64,000 bases of DNA from Syntrophomonas sp. UBA4922 (GTDB lineage: Bacteria > Bacillota > Syntrophomonadia > Syntrophomonadales > Syntrophomonadaceae). This document shows, one piece after another, positions 28,231 through 37,210 of the stretch. Each line of letters begins with the position of its first letter. Position 1 is the stretch's first letter. The notes beneath the pieces were generated by a model. That model was given only the letters and a program-made list of their open reading frames with translations. It did no database searches and was not told where the DNA came from. Position numbers and translations under genes: made by a program. The DNA lies in the NCBI GenBank assembly GCA_002398825.1, contig DHBS01000006.1, positions 65,750 through 129,749 on the forward strand, in the 5' to 3' direction.

Positions 28231-28590
28231 TCAGCTGCCCAGGAGGGCCTGATATTTGGCTTCACTGAAACCCCTCTCGATTTTCGTCTTCTTGACCAGG
28301 AGCGGGCGCACCATAATGCGGGGGTTTTTCTGAATGAGATCCGCCAGGCCTTTTTCATCCAGGTTGTCCAAATCCGGCTTGATCTTACGATAAGCCTGGC
28401 TTTTGGTGTTTACCAAATCCCTGACCCCCACCCCCGCCATTTTGGCCAGCCGGCGCAATTCCGCCAGGCCGGGCGGATCAGCCAGGAGGTCCCGTTCGCA
28501 AAATTCCACCCCGTGCTGCGAAAGCCACGCCCTCGCTTTCTGGCAGGTACTTCACGATTTGATACAATAGAGCGTCCATTTGCTCTCCAT
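28231..28590 (-). CDS. Spx/ArsC-family thiol-redox protein, probable selenoprotein (UxxC) read through TGA at 28552..28554
   Basis: ATG 28590 (GGAGGAG RBS) - MESKWTLYCIKS - TGA - STCQKARAWLSQHGVEFCERDL...; same frame as the 92-aa track ORF; TGA aligns with the first Cys of the family CxxC motif; 119 codons in total. Confidence 0.7.
28516..28546 (-). promoter_or_regulatory. SECIS-like hairpin downstream of the in-frame TGA
   Basis: CUGC-CA-GAAAGC-(GAGGGCGUG)-GCUUUC-GCAG; the upper helix starts 11 nt after the UGA and has a G-rich apical loop. Confidence 0.55.
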
Positions 28591-28835
28591 AAAACCACTC
28601 CTCCATAGGTGTTTAAACCTGGTTTCTCTTTTATCTTCTCTATAATACCCGATAACATCCTGCCTGTCTCATGATGATGCCCAGAAGCCTTGATTCGTAT
28701 GAAATTCAGTACTGGGTTGGAATATAAAGCCTGTTCTGTTGTAACACTACTATTAAGGGTTTCATATCATACATTGTGTGGGTTTGATAAGGTGTGAACA
28801 GCTCCTGGGTTTTTTCCCGGGGCTTTCATATAAAG

Positions 28836-28863
28836 AAGGGAAGAACGCTTTAGTTCTTCCCTT
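28836..28863 (-). terminator. Intrinsic terminator after the AmmeMemoRadiSam radical SAM gene
   Basis: 11-bp stem AAGGGAAGAAC/GTTCTTCCCTT, 6-nt loop, U-rich tail CUUUAUAU on the minus strand. Confidence 0.65.
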
Positions 28864-28945
28864 TCTTGCGCTTTGAACTGAGCGGGAAAACCACCTGATA
28901 ACAATCTGACCTATCCTGCCCGGCCAGTTAGTCCTGAGTTTATCT

Positions 28946-29935
28946 TCAGGCGATTATATAGTCTATCTCAGCCCCGCAGCTTGTACAGCGCCCTTCTTCA
29001 AAATGCACCATTTCAGTCCGGTAGTAACTGCGCCGGATAAGCAGAGCTTGACAATTCAGACACCGGGTGTCATTGCCCAGACCGGTATTGCCCAGATAGA
29101 CAAAAGGCAGATGAATCCGGGCCGCTTCTCTGGCTTGCATGAGGGTGGATTCCGGGGTGGGCGGCCGGTCATAATGATAGGCCGGATGATAGCGCGACAA
29201 ATGCAGGGGGATCTCTTTGCGTATGGAAGCCAGCCATTTGGCCAGGGCTTCTATGTCCTCCAACTGATCATTATCGCCAGGAATGATCAAAGTGGTGATC
29301 TCTACATGGGTATGACGGGCGGCGCGCTCGACGGTGTTTATTACCGGCGCCAGGGCACCCTTGCACAGCCTTCTGTAAAAGTCATTCCGGAATGCCTTAA
29401 CATCGATATTGAGAGCGTCGATAAAGGGCAGCAGCTGCTCTAAAGGCCGGGTTTCGATGTAGCCGTTGGTGACCAAAACTACCTTTTGACCGCGATTTTT
29501 TAGAAGTTGGCTACAATCCCAGATATATTCGTACCAAACCGATGGCTCATTATATGTGAATGCTACGCCGATAGAACCGCTGCTTCGACTCTGTTCGGCA
29601 ACCAGCACCAGGGTTTCAGGAGGAATAAACCGGGTAGCCGGAGTGTCGTGGGCCAGGGCATAGTTCTGGCAAAAGCTGCAGGACAGATTGCAGCCATAGG
29701 TGCCTGCCGAGAGGAGCATATTACCGGGAAAGAAATGATAGAGCGGTTTTTTCTCGATGGGGTCCAGGGCCAGCGAGGCCACCTGTCCATAATTGGAGGT
29801 TATCAGACTGCCGGCTTGATTGCTGCGTACCCGGCAGATCCCCTTCTTACCCGGCTTAATCTTGCAGTGATGCGGGCATAAATTGCACTTTACTCCCAAG
29901 TCCTCCAGTGGTTCGAAAAACATAGCCTGAGCCAC
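28946..29935 (-). CDS. AmmeMemoRadiSam system radical SAM enzyme
   Basis: 329 aa; radical-SAM CNLSCSFCQN motif plus N-terminal CNLCPHHC..C cluster and C-terminal CLNC..CTSC; PflA-like architecture. Confidence 0.8.
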   Translation of the reverse strand: MAQAMFFEPLEDLGVKCNLCPHHCKIKPGKKGICRVRSNQAGSLITSNYGQVASLALDPIEKKPLYHFFPGNMLLSAGTYGCNLSCSFCQNYALAHDTPATRFIPPETLVLVAEQSRSSGSIGVAFTYNEPSVWYEYIWDCSQLLKNRGQKVVLVTNGYIETRPLEQLLPFIDALNIDVKAFRNDFYRRLCKGALAPVINTVERAARHTHVEITTLIIPGDNDQLEDIEALAKWLASIRKEIPLHLSRYHPAYHYDRPPTPESTLMQAREAARIHLPFVYLGNTGLGNDTRCLNCQALLIRRSYYRTEMVHFEEGRCTSCGAEIDYIIA

Positions 29936-29965
29936 GATATCCCTCCTGCGGAGTTATTTTATGGC

Positions 29966-31363
29966 TTACGTATATCGGGTTACCTTGAAGCGCTCGATAG
30001 TATAGGCTTCCTTATTGGATATACCCGCTTTCTGCAGTGCAATCTGCAGTTGCTGCTCAACCGTATCCACTCCCTCCAGATCCGGCAGCAAGAGGCCGCG
30101 TTTCCTCCCCGAACTGACGATCACCCCGTACTCTTTAGGATCGAGCTGATTCCGGGTGGCCGGTTCAAGTTGACCCAATATGTCAACTGAATATACCAGC
30201 TCGTCCAGTTCCTCAGCCCGGAGCGGCTCGAAGCGATAATCCTGGGTGCCTGCACTAATCGCATTGGCGGCTATTTCCTGGGCCAGGTCGGGCCGAACTG
30301 CAGTGATGGTGCCGATACAGCCGCGCAGCTGCCCCTTTTTCTTCAGGGAAACGAAAGCCCCCGCCTGTTTTTTCTGCAGTTCCTGCATTTCACGAGGCAA
30401 AGCCGGCCGTCTGTTGTTGCGGATAAACTCCTCCAGAACCATACGCGCCCAGCGTACCGGCATACTTTCACCCTGACGTTGTCGCTGTATAGCCTGGCTT
30501 TGTTTGCTCTGCATTTGCTCCAATATACTGTCCCGGGGTTCTGTACCGGGCTTAAATCCGGCCACCAGATATCCAACCCCATAGGGGCCTTCATAGCTGA
30601 AAACCTGGGGCTCAAAGTTCAGACCGTCCAGGGCCCCCAACATCATGACCACCGACCGGTAGCCGCATTCGCCGGCATTTTCGCGCATATCTTCCGGCAT
30701 GTCGAGAATGCCTGTCACATCCCCGTGAGCCAGCAAATCCTGCATGGCCCCGTCAAAACGGGGGCCATCGGGGTGGTAGCTATAGGGGCCTTCGCTTTTA
30801 AGATGATGGGACATGTCGCCCGAAGCCATAATAGCCACCCGGCGGCCTAAACGTTGAGCAGCCTGTCTGACAAACAGCCCGGCCTGATATAGTGCAAGTA
30901 AAGGCAAATAAGCTACACTGAGGGCTATGATGGCTATGCCGCCGCAGCCCGCCTCCCGCAGGTAATGCAGAGGTACCAGGATGCCGTGATCCAGATTTTT
31001 ATGGAATTTATATTTGCCGGCCAAGGCCTCATCGATGGCCAGCATGGATATATCGGCATCATTGCATAAACGCCCGATTTCACTTAAGAGTTCCAGGTCA
31101 TTGGGGTAGGTTTGTCCTTTGTGAAGGCTGCCAAAAGCGCTCAAATCACCGTAAAGTTGCGGTTCCACCAGTGCGGTGATACAATCTGCAAATACATTGC
31201 CATGAGGGGTGAAAAAGATCACCGTTTCCGGCCGGCTTCGAGCCATTTGCGCGGCCATCGCTTTCATACCCGCAACAGTGCTCTTCACGCCCTGAAGCCT
31301 CTCCTCGCCGATATAGGGAATGATCAACGGGGGATGAGGCGACAGGGCCGCATAGGTCAGCAT
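29966..31363 (-). CDS. Fusion protein: class-III extradiol dioxygenase/Memo-like domain plus AMMECR1 domain
   Basis: N-terminal LigB/Memo-like part (SPHPPLIIP...GDMSHH), C-terminal AMMECR1 (GAFVSLKKKGQLRGCIGT); ATG 31363 after AAGGAG (track start 31399). Confidence 0.78.
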   Translation of the reverse strand: MLTYAALSPHPPLIIPYIGEERLQGVKSTVAGMKAMAAQMARSRPETVIFFTPHGNVFADCITALVEPQLYGDLSAFGSLHKGQTYPNDLELLSEIGRLCNDADISMLAIDEALAGKYKFHKNLDHGILVPLHYLREAGCGGIAIIALSVAYLPLLALYQAGLFVRQAAQRLGRRVAIMASGDMSHHLKSEGPYSYHPDGPRFDGAMQDLLAHGDVTGILDMPEDMRENAGECGYRSVVMMLGALDGLNFEPQVFSYEGPYGVGYLVAGFKPGTEPRDSILEQMQSKQSQAIQRQRQGESMPVRWARMVLEEFIRNNRRPALPREMQELQKKQAGAFVSLKKKGQLRGCIGTITAVRPDLAQEIAANAISAGTQDYRFEPLRAEELDELVYSVDILGQLEPATRNQLDPKEYGVIVSSGRKRGLLLPDLEGVDTVEQQLQIALQKAGISNKEAYTIERFKVTRYT

Positions 31364-31392
31364 AGTGCTCACTCCTTTGTCTGTCTCAAGGT

Positions 31393-32148
31393 TTACCAAT
31401 TGGGGTATAGTTCGATCTCGGTATCATAAGTTCTAACCTGAGCCTGGGCGATTCCGGCGAAAATGGCCTGGGCCATTTTCACCTGGTAGTCGTTATCGGC
31501 TAACAGGCTGGCTTCCTGGGGATTGGAAATAAAGCCCACCTCTACAATAACGGCCGGCATCTGGGTGTTCCTCAAGATATAGTAATCCCCCGGTGCTGCC
31601 TTGCGTTTAGTATTCCCCAGTTGTTTGGTTATTTCCTCCTGAATCATAACGGCTGTCAATTTGCTGGGTTTGCTGGAAGCGTCATAGAAGACCTGGGCTC
31701 CATACCAGCGCGGGCTGGGGTCAGCATTGGTGTGAATACTGATATACAGGTCAGCCTTGACCTCATTGGCTCTCTGCGCCCTCAATTTAAGGTCTTCCCG
31801 TTTGCGCGCGGCCACAGTACCGCTAAATCCATCTCCGACCAGATCGCGGTCCTCGGTGCGCAGCATCACTACCATGGCCCCGGCCTCACTGAGTTGCCGG
31901 GCGAGATGCTGGCTGATAGCCAGGGTAATATCTTTTTCAACATAAGCCCCCCTTGATGCGCCGGGGTCGCAGCCTCCATGGCCCGGGTCAATGACTACCA
32001 CCTTGCTGGCCAGGGCATAAGCCGGAATATAGCTCTCTTCGGGCGGCAGTCCCAGCCAGATGGCCGCAATCAGGAGTATTGAAAAGGTCGAAATAACAGC
32101 AGTCTTGTATATCTTCATGGGGAGATAATAGACCCCGGCTTTAAACAC
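31393..32148 (-). CDS. cwlD: Germination-specific N-acetylmuramoyl-L-alanine amidase
   Basis: Amidase_3 motifs (VVIDPGHGG, SIHTNA), N-terminal membrane anchor; start is GTG 32148 or ATG 32118. Confidence 0.8.
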   Translation of the reverse strand: MFKAGVYYLPMKIYKTAVISTFSILLIAAIWLGLPPEESYIPAYALASKVVVIDPGHGGCDPGASRGAYVEKDITLAISQHLARQLSEAGAMVVMLRTEDRDLVGDGFSGTVAARKREDLKLRAQRANEVKADLYISIHTNADPSPRWYGAQVFYDASSKPSKLTAVMIQEEITKQLGNTKRKAAPGDYYILRNTQMPAVIVEVGFISNPQEASLLADNDYQVKMAQAIFAGIAQAQVRTYDTEIELYPNW

Positions 32149-32271
32149 GCGTCCACCCCTGTTCCTGAAAATGTTGCTATTTCTTATATATGCTCCATTT
32201 CTGTAATCTAGTAGGCCGGCTCACACCCGCGACACGCGTAATATCGCAGGGACGCTGTCATGCCAATGTCC

Positions 32272-34428
32272 TCAACAGTTCCTGGCCAGGTAAATCCCAT
32301 AAGCGAGAGGGTTGTAAAACAATCGATACCTGGCGTCCGATGGCTCATTCCGAATAAAAAAAGTCTTATTGGTTTTGCCGTTGATTTCAATGATCCAGGG
32401 ATGACCTGTTTTATCAATAACAATATCGATGCCTAACTCTCCCAGAGGCCCTGACCGGGCTTCAAGGGTCTGGGCTACAGCTGTTGCCACCCTGCATATA
32501 TCACGATATATGGCATCAGCCTTTGGGCTGAGCGGAAAAACCTCTGGCATGATCTGCTGCCAGTTGAATGTTTTTTCCCTGATGGTAGGTGAATTGGTAA
32601 TCCATGGCTTTATTAATGCCGCTTCCCATTGACCTTGATGGTTTTTTTGCATAATGGCCCTGACATTCAGCGGATGTGTCTTATATTCCACTGCATAGAT
32701 GCCTTGTTGCGCTACATAGGACTCCGGGGCAATGATAGGCTGTAGTTCGGACCATAGCTGCACAAAGCTTTTGTAGCTCAAGCTGGCCTCTTCAGTTGAC
32801 AGTTTATACAGGCCCTCCAGTTTTTCAATTTTCCAGACCCCTGACATTCTGGAGTCATACTCGGTTTTGACAAACACCATGGCGAACCGCTCCAGTAATT
32901 CTTCTATTTTGGATGGCGTCGGATTGACCAGATTATCCGGTAAATATGGCCTTAGATAAGGCATTTTACACAGTATCTTATCGGTTCTGCCCTTGCCAAA
33001 AACTGATTTGTTGTTTATAAGCAGTGTGCTTCCGTTGTCCTTAATCCTGTTTCTAAATATTTTGGCCTTTTCACGCTGCGCAGCTCTGAAAAATGTAGCC
33101 CTGTCATACAAGACCTGCGGCCATGGAAATTCCTTGTGCAGCCACTTCTTTTTGCGATGGCTGTAGTGCCAACCGTTAATGGTTTTATTATGGCCTAAGT
33201 CATTGACCGAGAAGTGGTACGTAGTGCATTCTAATTCCCTGCTGGCTTTGGCCAGGAGCTGTTGGTCAATATCTGCATTTCCTGATTGAATCGATCTGAT
33301 CCTGCCCATGGCTTCAAATATACCGATGAGAACCCTCTGCCTGTAGCGTTTCTTAATATACCTGGGTAAATCCACATTGCCTACCTGATACCCCGCCAGG
33401 TGGAAGCAATAATAGAGTGGACGCCTTATTGCCCAATATGCCGCCGATGAGCCCTTAAAATCCAGGGCATATCTTTTTTCAGGCATTATGTCTATATTTT
33501 TCAGATGTGCTGCACCGGATGAATCCATACCAAAATGCATTTCCAATTCGAGCAGAGTCGGGTTTTGACTATCTAATCTTACCGATTCAGCCAGGGCACG
33601 TTGGGTCAGATTCTCTTTTACCTTTTTGAAATTGTCAGCATAAACTTCTCTTAAAGCAGCGTCCAAAGGGTGCTTGATGAACAAGGTGGGTTCCTTAATG
33701 TCGTGTGGCGCAAGGACTGCGCACCCTGCAGAATACTTCCACAGACCGCAGTGGTCTCTCTGCATCAACAGGCGGACTTCCAGGCAACAATCCAGCATTT
33801 CCGCCGCTTTAAAAGTTTGGTTGGGTATAACGTGGAATTGGGGTTCAGGATAATTCGTCACCTTAATTCCATGAGTATCAGCTAATGCCGTTAATACCTG
33901 CTTGATATGCTGTGGATTGTCATCATTATGATACTGGCTGTATATGACGTTCGGAAGCGGGTATTTATGATGCTGCCATTTCGAGTCTCCACCGTCGGCT
34001 TTGGTCAAGCCGTTTATGAATGAACCATTTTCCTCTACATCCCCGCTAGCGAACAAAAAGGCTTCTCCCCCCAGTGAATCGGCGGCCGTAATAAAGCGTC
34101 TATAATCTCCTTCAATATTATTTTTTAACAGTTCCGCTTTGTAAGCTGCTGAAACATGAATGCCGATGAGAGGACCTAGAATGAGTTGACCGGGGTGTGT
34201 GTTGCTCAGGATCGATCTCTGCTTCTCACGCAGCATCAGTTGCTCTGATAGCGCCTGGTTAATCAAGATTTCGTCGGTTCTTGTTTTCCCATCCGCTTTC
34301 TTGACTCTGGCCGTTATTTTTTTGGCGCCGTAACCAACATCCATAGTTGCAATATCTTCAGGCACCTTGTCAAGAAAGAGGGTGGGAACCGGTTCATTAT
34401 CATGCATTACACGTATTTTAATTTTCAA
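32272..34428 (-). CDS. YheC/YheD-family ATP-grasp protein, double-length (718 aa)
   Basis: LGPLIGIHVS N-terminal motif and C-terminal GELGIDIVIDKTGHPWIIEINGKTNK ATP-grasp signature of the YheC/D family; an extra roughly 300-aa middle region. Confidence 0.7.
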   Translation of the reverse strand: MKIKIRVMHDNEPVPTLFLDKVPEDIATMDVGYGAKKITARVKKADGKTRTDEILINQALSEQLMLREKQRSILSNTHPGQLILGPLIGIHVSAAYKAELLKNNIEGDYRRFITAADSLGGEAFLFASGDVEENGSFINGLTKADGGDSKWQHHKYPLPNVIYSQYHNDDNPQHIKQVLTALADTHGIKVTNYPEPQFHVIPNQTFKAAEMLDCCLEVRLLMQRDHCGLWKYSAGCAVLAPHDIKEPTLFIKHPLDAALREVYADNFKKVKENLTQRALAESVRLDSQNPTLLELEMHFGMDSSGAAHLKNIDIMPEKRYALDFKGSSAAYWAIRRPLYYCFHLAGYQVGNVDLPRYIKKRYRQRVLIGIFEAMGRIRSIQSGNADIDQQLLAKASRELECTTYHFSVNDLGHNKTINGWHYSHRKKKWLHKEFPWPQVLYDRATFFRAAQREKAKIFRNRIKDNGSTLLINNKSVFGKGRTDKILCKMPYLRPYLPDNLVNPTPSKIEELLERFAMVFVKTEYDSRMSGVWKIEKLEGLYKLSTEEASLSYKSFVQLWSELQPIIAPESYVAQQGIYAVEYKTHPLNVRAIMQKNHQGQWEAALIKPWITNSPTIREKTFNWQQIMPEVFPLSPKADAIYRDICRVATAVAQTLEARSGPLGELGIDIVIDKTGHPWIIEINGKTNKTFFIRNEPSDARYRLFYNPLAYGIYLARNC

Positions 34429-34552
34429 TATGATTCACCTGTTTTATTTATAGCCTATGAAGATTGCACAAGGATTGGTGTCAGCACAACACGCTTCTCC
34501 ATAAGATAAACTAGTTGAAATATAAGTAACAAGGGTGGTGGATTTATTGGTT

Positions 34553-35929
34553 ATGATCAAAACCCGGCCAGCATTGCAGCATAAAAACTCAACCGTTTTA
34601 AGATCGCCGCTCGCGAATGCACATGTCACAGACAAATTCTGGTCAGATCATGAGGAAGAAGCAGTTCTCCAGTTTGGAACTGCTGGCTTGCTTATAGAAA
34701 AAGGGGCCATGTTGGGGGCGCAAGGCGGATTAAAGATACCCGCGGAAGCTGCCCGGCAACTTTTGTTGCCGGACCTGGAAACATTGGGACGAGTAGTGTT
34801 TAACAACAGGGTTATTTTGGGTCCCCTGATCGGCATCTTTGTATCTGAAAAAGACATTGAGCTTTTAGCACAAGGGCTGTGCAAAAACCAAAATTTCTAC
34901 AAGTATGTGAATGAATGTGACCGTTTGGAAGCCCTGGCTTGTTTTTTCAGTCTCAATAATATTTTCCCGGGTCAGTGGCTCGTCCGGGGCTGGTTCTATA
35001 AGAAGCAATTAGCGCGAGAAGGTTTATGGACCTCCAGACTATTTCCGCTTCCATCCGTCATATACGACCGTTGTTTTGGGGCTCATGGCAGGAGCGATGG
35101 GACCAAACTGCGGGAGATGCTGTCCGAGCTTCGACAGGTCACGATATTCAATGCCATTCCCAAGCTTTGCAAATGGGAAACTTATCAAGTTTTGAGGCAG
35201 ACGCCTGAATTAGCCTCCTGTTTGCCCCGTACTGCGATTCTTTATACCAATAAACAGGTCGCTGCAGCAGTGAATGATTGTGAGGCCATCTACTTGAAGC
35301 CTGATGGTTTGAGTAGGGGCCATGGGGTTTTCAGACTATCCAAAGTGGGTGATGGTTTTCTGTTGGAGAGCCGCAAGCCGGAACAAAATGTAAAAAGGCA
35401 TTTAAAAAATCTTCACAATATTCAGTCTTTCCTGACCTCCTATGGCGAAGCAGGTGGGGGATATATCATTCAAGAAAAAATCCCATTGGCCAAATATCGG
35501 GGTAAGCAGTTTGATATGCGGGTATTGTGCCAGAAGGATATCAACGGCAAATGGATAGTGGCGGGTACCGCAGTCAGAGTAGCGGCGCGGAAAAGTATCA
35601 TTACCAGCCCGAGAAGCGGCGGGTCGGTAATCAGCTGGCCTCATGCCCTGAAATCAGTATTTCGCCAAAAACCCGGTCAACATAACGGAATTGCGGGAAA
35701 AGTTACCCGTATTGCCCTGATTGCATGTCAGGCTATTGAAGATCATTTTGGGTGTTGCGGGGAGTTGGGTCTGGATATGGGCATTGACCATAAGGGCAAG
35801 GTATGGATCATCGAGGTCAATGCCAAACCCCTGAAAGTGAGTCTAAGCCGACTCAATGATCAACATCTGGAAGATGAAATCTATGCCAATCCTATCAGGT
35901 TTGCATGCCATCTGGCTGTGAACGGGTAG
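34553..35929 (+). CDS. YheC/YheD-family ATP-grasp protein
   Basis: LGPLIGIFVS and GELGLDMGIDHKGKVWIIEVNAKP motifs; start uncertain (GTG 34535 in ORF track or ATG 34553). Confidence 0.72.
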   Translation: MIKTRPALQHKNSTVLRSPLANAHVTDKFWSDHEEEAVLQFGTAGLLIEKGAMLGAQGGLKIPAEAARQLLLPDLETLGRVVFNNRVILGPLIGIFVSEKDIELLAQGLCKNQNFYKYVNECDRLEALACFFSLNNIFPGQWLVRGWFYKKQLAREGLWTSRLFPLPSVIYDRCFGAHGRSDGTKLREMLSELRQVTIFNAIPKLCKWETYQVLRQTPELASCLPRTAILYTNKQVAAAVNDCEAIYLKPDGLSRGHGVFRLSKVGDGFLLESRKPEQNVKRHLKNLHNIQSFLTSYGEAGGGYIIQEKIPLAKYRGKQFDMRVLCQKDINGKWIVAGTAVRVAARKSIITSPRSGGSVISWPHALKSVFRQKPGQHNGIAGKVTRIALIACQAIEDHFGCCGELGLDMGIDHKGKVWIIEVNAKPLKVSLSRLNDQHLEDEIYANPIRFACHLAVNG

Positions 35930-35962
35930 CTCAAACTGGCGTACCGGCAGCCATCCCAGCAG

Positions 35963-35995
35963 GCGGGGAGTTTAACATTCCCCGCTTTATAAGTT
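35963..35995 (+). terminator. Intrinsic terminator after the plus-strand YheC/D gene
   Basis: GCGGGGA/TCCCCGC stem followed by TTTATAAGTTTTAT. Confidence 0.7.
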
Positions 35996-36138
35996 TTATG
36001 TAATCAAGAAGAAGCCTCAGTTTGAATAATGTGGAGACAAGTAGAGCGTAACATTTGTTTCAAACGGACAATTCGGATCTGAATTAAAAAATGACACACT
36101 TAAACCGTCCAACCGTCCTCCTGGGTCATCCCGTAATA

Positions 36139-36165
36139 GAAAAACCTCCCCGATTTGGGGAGGTT
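36139..36165 (-). terminator. Intrinsic terminator after rpsI
   Basis: 9-bp stem AACCUCCCC/GGGGAGGUU followed by UUUUUCUAUU on the minus strand, 14 nt after the rpsI stop. Confidence 0.85.
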
Positions 36166-36178
36166 GGCGTTGATTCGT

Positions 36179-36571
36179 TTAGCGTTTTGAGTATTGCGGG
36201 GCTTTGCGAGCTTTGTGCAAGCCGTATTTTTTACGTTCTTTCATGCGTGGGTCGCGGGTCAGGTAGCCTTTTCTTCTCAAGATCGGCCGAAGTTCAGCAT
36301 TGGCTCTTACCAGAGCGCGGGCAATACCCAACTGTACCGCTCCGGCCTGACCGTTTACGCCTCCGCCCTGCACCCGGCACACCACATTAAAGCGGCCTGA
36401 CATGTCGGTAAATACCAGCGGCTGCTCTACTACCAACCGGCTGGTTTTGTTGGGAAAGTATTCTTCAAATGACCGGTTATTGATTACAATGCTGCCATCA
36501 CCGGGAATTAATCTGACCCGGGCTACAGCTTTTTTTCTTCTTCCGGTTCCCCAGTATTGCACCTTGTCCAT
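36179..36571 (-). CDS. rpsI: 30S ribosomal protein S9
   Basis: 130 aa, C-terminal ...[11 protein letters not shown]; follows rplM. Confidence 0.96.
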   Translation of the reverse strand: MDKVQYWGTGRRKKAVARVRLIPGDGSIVINNRSFEEYFPNKTSRLVVEQPLVFTDMSGRFNVVCRVQGGGVNGQAGAVQLGIARALVRANAELRPILRRKGYLTRDPRMKERKKYGLHKARKAPQYSKR

Positions 36572-36583
36572 GTTCGTTCCTCC

Positions 36584-37018
36584 TTACCCTCTCAGTTCGC
36601 GGAATTCCGGTTTCTGGGCTTGATGGGGATGTTGGTCTCCCCTGTAAACTTTGAGTTTCTTGAACATCTTCCTGCCCAGACGGTTATGAGGAAGCATGCC
36701 TTTTACTGCGATTTCAATCGCCTTTTCCGGCTTTTTCTGCAGCATGGTCTGATAGTCAACCTCTCTGAGGCCACCAGGATAACCGGTATAATAACGATAT
36801 TTTTTCTGCTGTAATTTGTCGCCGGTGAGCTGGATTTTGTCAGCGTTGATGATGATGATGTAATCACCGGTATCCAGGTGCGGAGTGTAGGTAGGCTTGT
36901 GTTTGCCTCTCAGCATTGTAGCTACTTCGGAAGCAAGTCGGCCCAGTCTCTGACCGCTCGCATCTATGATATACCACTTGCGGTCGATTTCCGCAGGCTT
37001 CGCCATATACGTTTTCAC
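36584..37018 (-). CDS. rplM: 50S ribosomal protein L13
   Basis: 144 aa, [16 protein letters not shown] motif. Confidence 0.96.
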   Translation of the reverse strand: MKTYMAKPAEIDRKWYIIDASGQRLGRLASEVATMLRGKHKPTYTPHLDTGDYIIIINADKIQLTGDKLQQKKYRYYTGYPGGLREVDYQTMLQKKPEKAIEIAVKGMLPHNRLGRKMFKKLKVYRGDQHPHQAQKPEFRELRG

Positions 37019-37118
37019 GATTTTCCCTCCTGTGTGTCACAATCCATATAATTCTGGAAGCCGCTCTAAAAGTCTGACCGTCAACGGGGCGGAAGCCAGT
37101 CACACTTATAGAGACTAC
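37019..37118 (-). promoter_or_regulatory. Structured 5' leader of rplM-rpsI (position matches the Firmicute L13 leader)
   Basis: About 100-nt untranslated leader between the promoter and the RBS with complementary segments; family assignment not verified. Confidence 0.4.
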
Positions 37119-37124
37119 CTTTTT

Positions 37125-37154
37125 AATATAGCCAAAAATTCCTGCCATTGTCAA
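37125..37154 (-). promoter_or_regulatory. Sigma-A promoter of rplM-rpsI (TTGACA-18-TATATT)
   Basis: -35 at 37149..37154 and -10 at 37125..37130 on the minus strand. Confidence 0.6.
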
Positions 37155-37210
37155 GAATAGAGCGACTCTGCCAGGCCTTTTTTACTTTCGGCGCCAAATT
37201 TTAAAACCTG

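Noticed and set aside
28134-28658. ORF-track entries 28134..28358(-), 28180..28608(+) and 28410..28658(-)
   Set aside because: They overlap the Spx/ArsC-family reading frame or its leader in other frames or on the other strand and have arbitrary composition. The read-through ArsC-family frame explains the locus.
34500-34508. Sigma-K-like -10 element (CATAAGATA) in the YheC/D divergent region
   Set aside because: A 9-nt match without a verifiable -35 element is too weak to annotate as a promoter.
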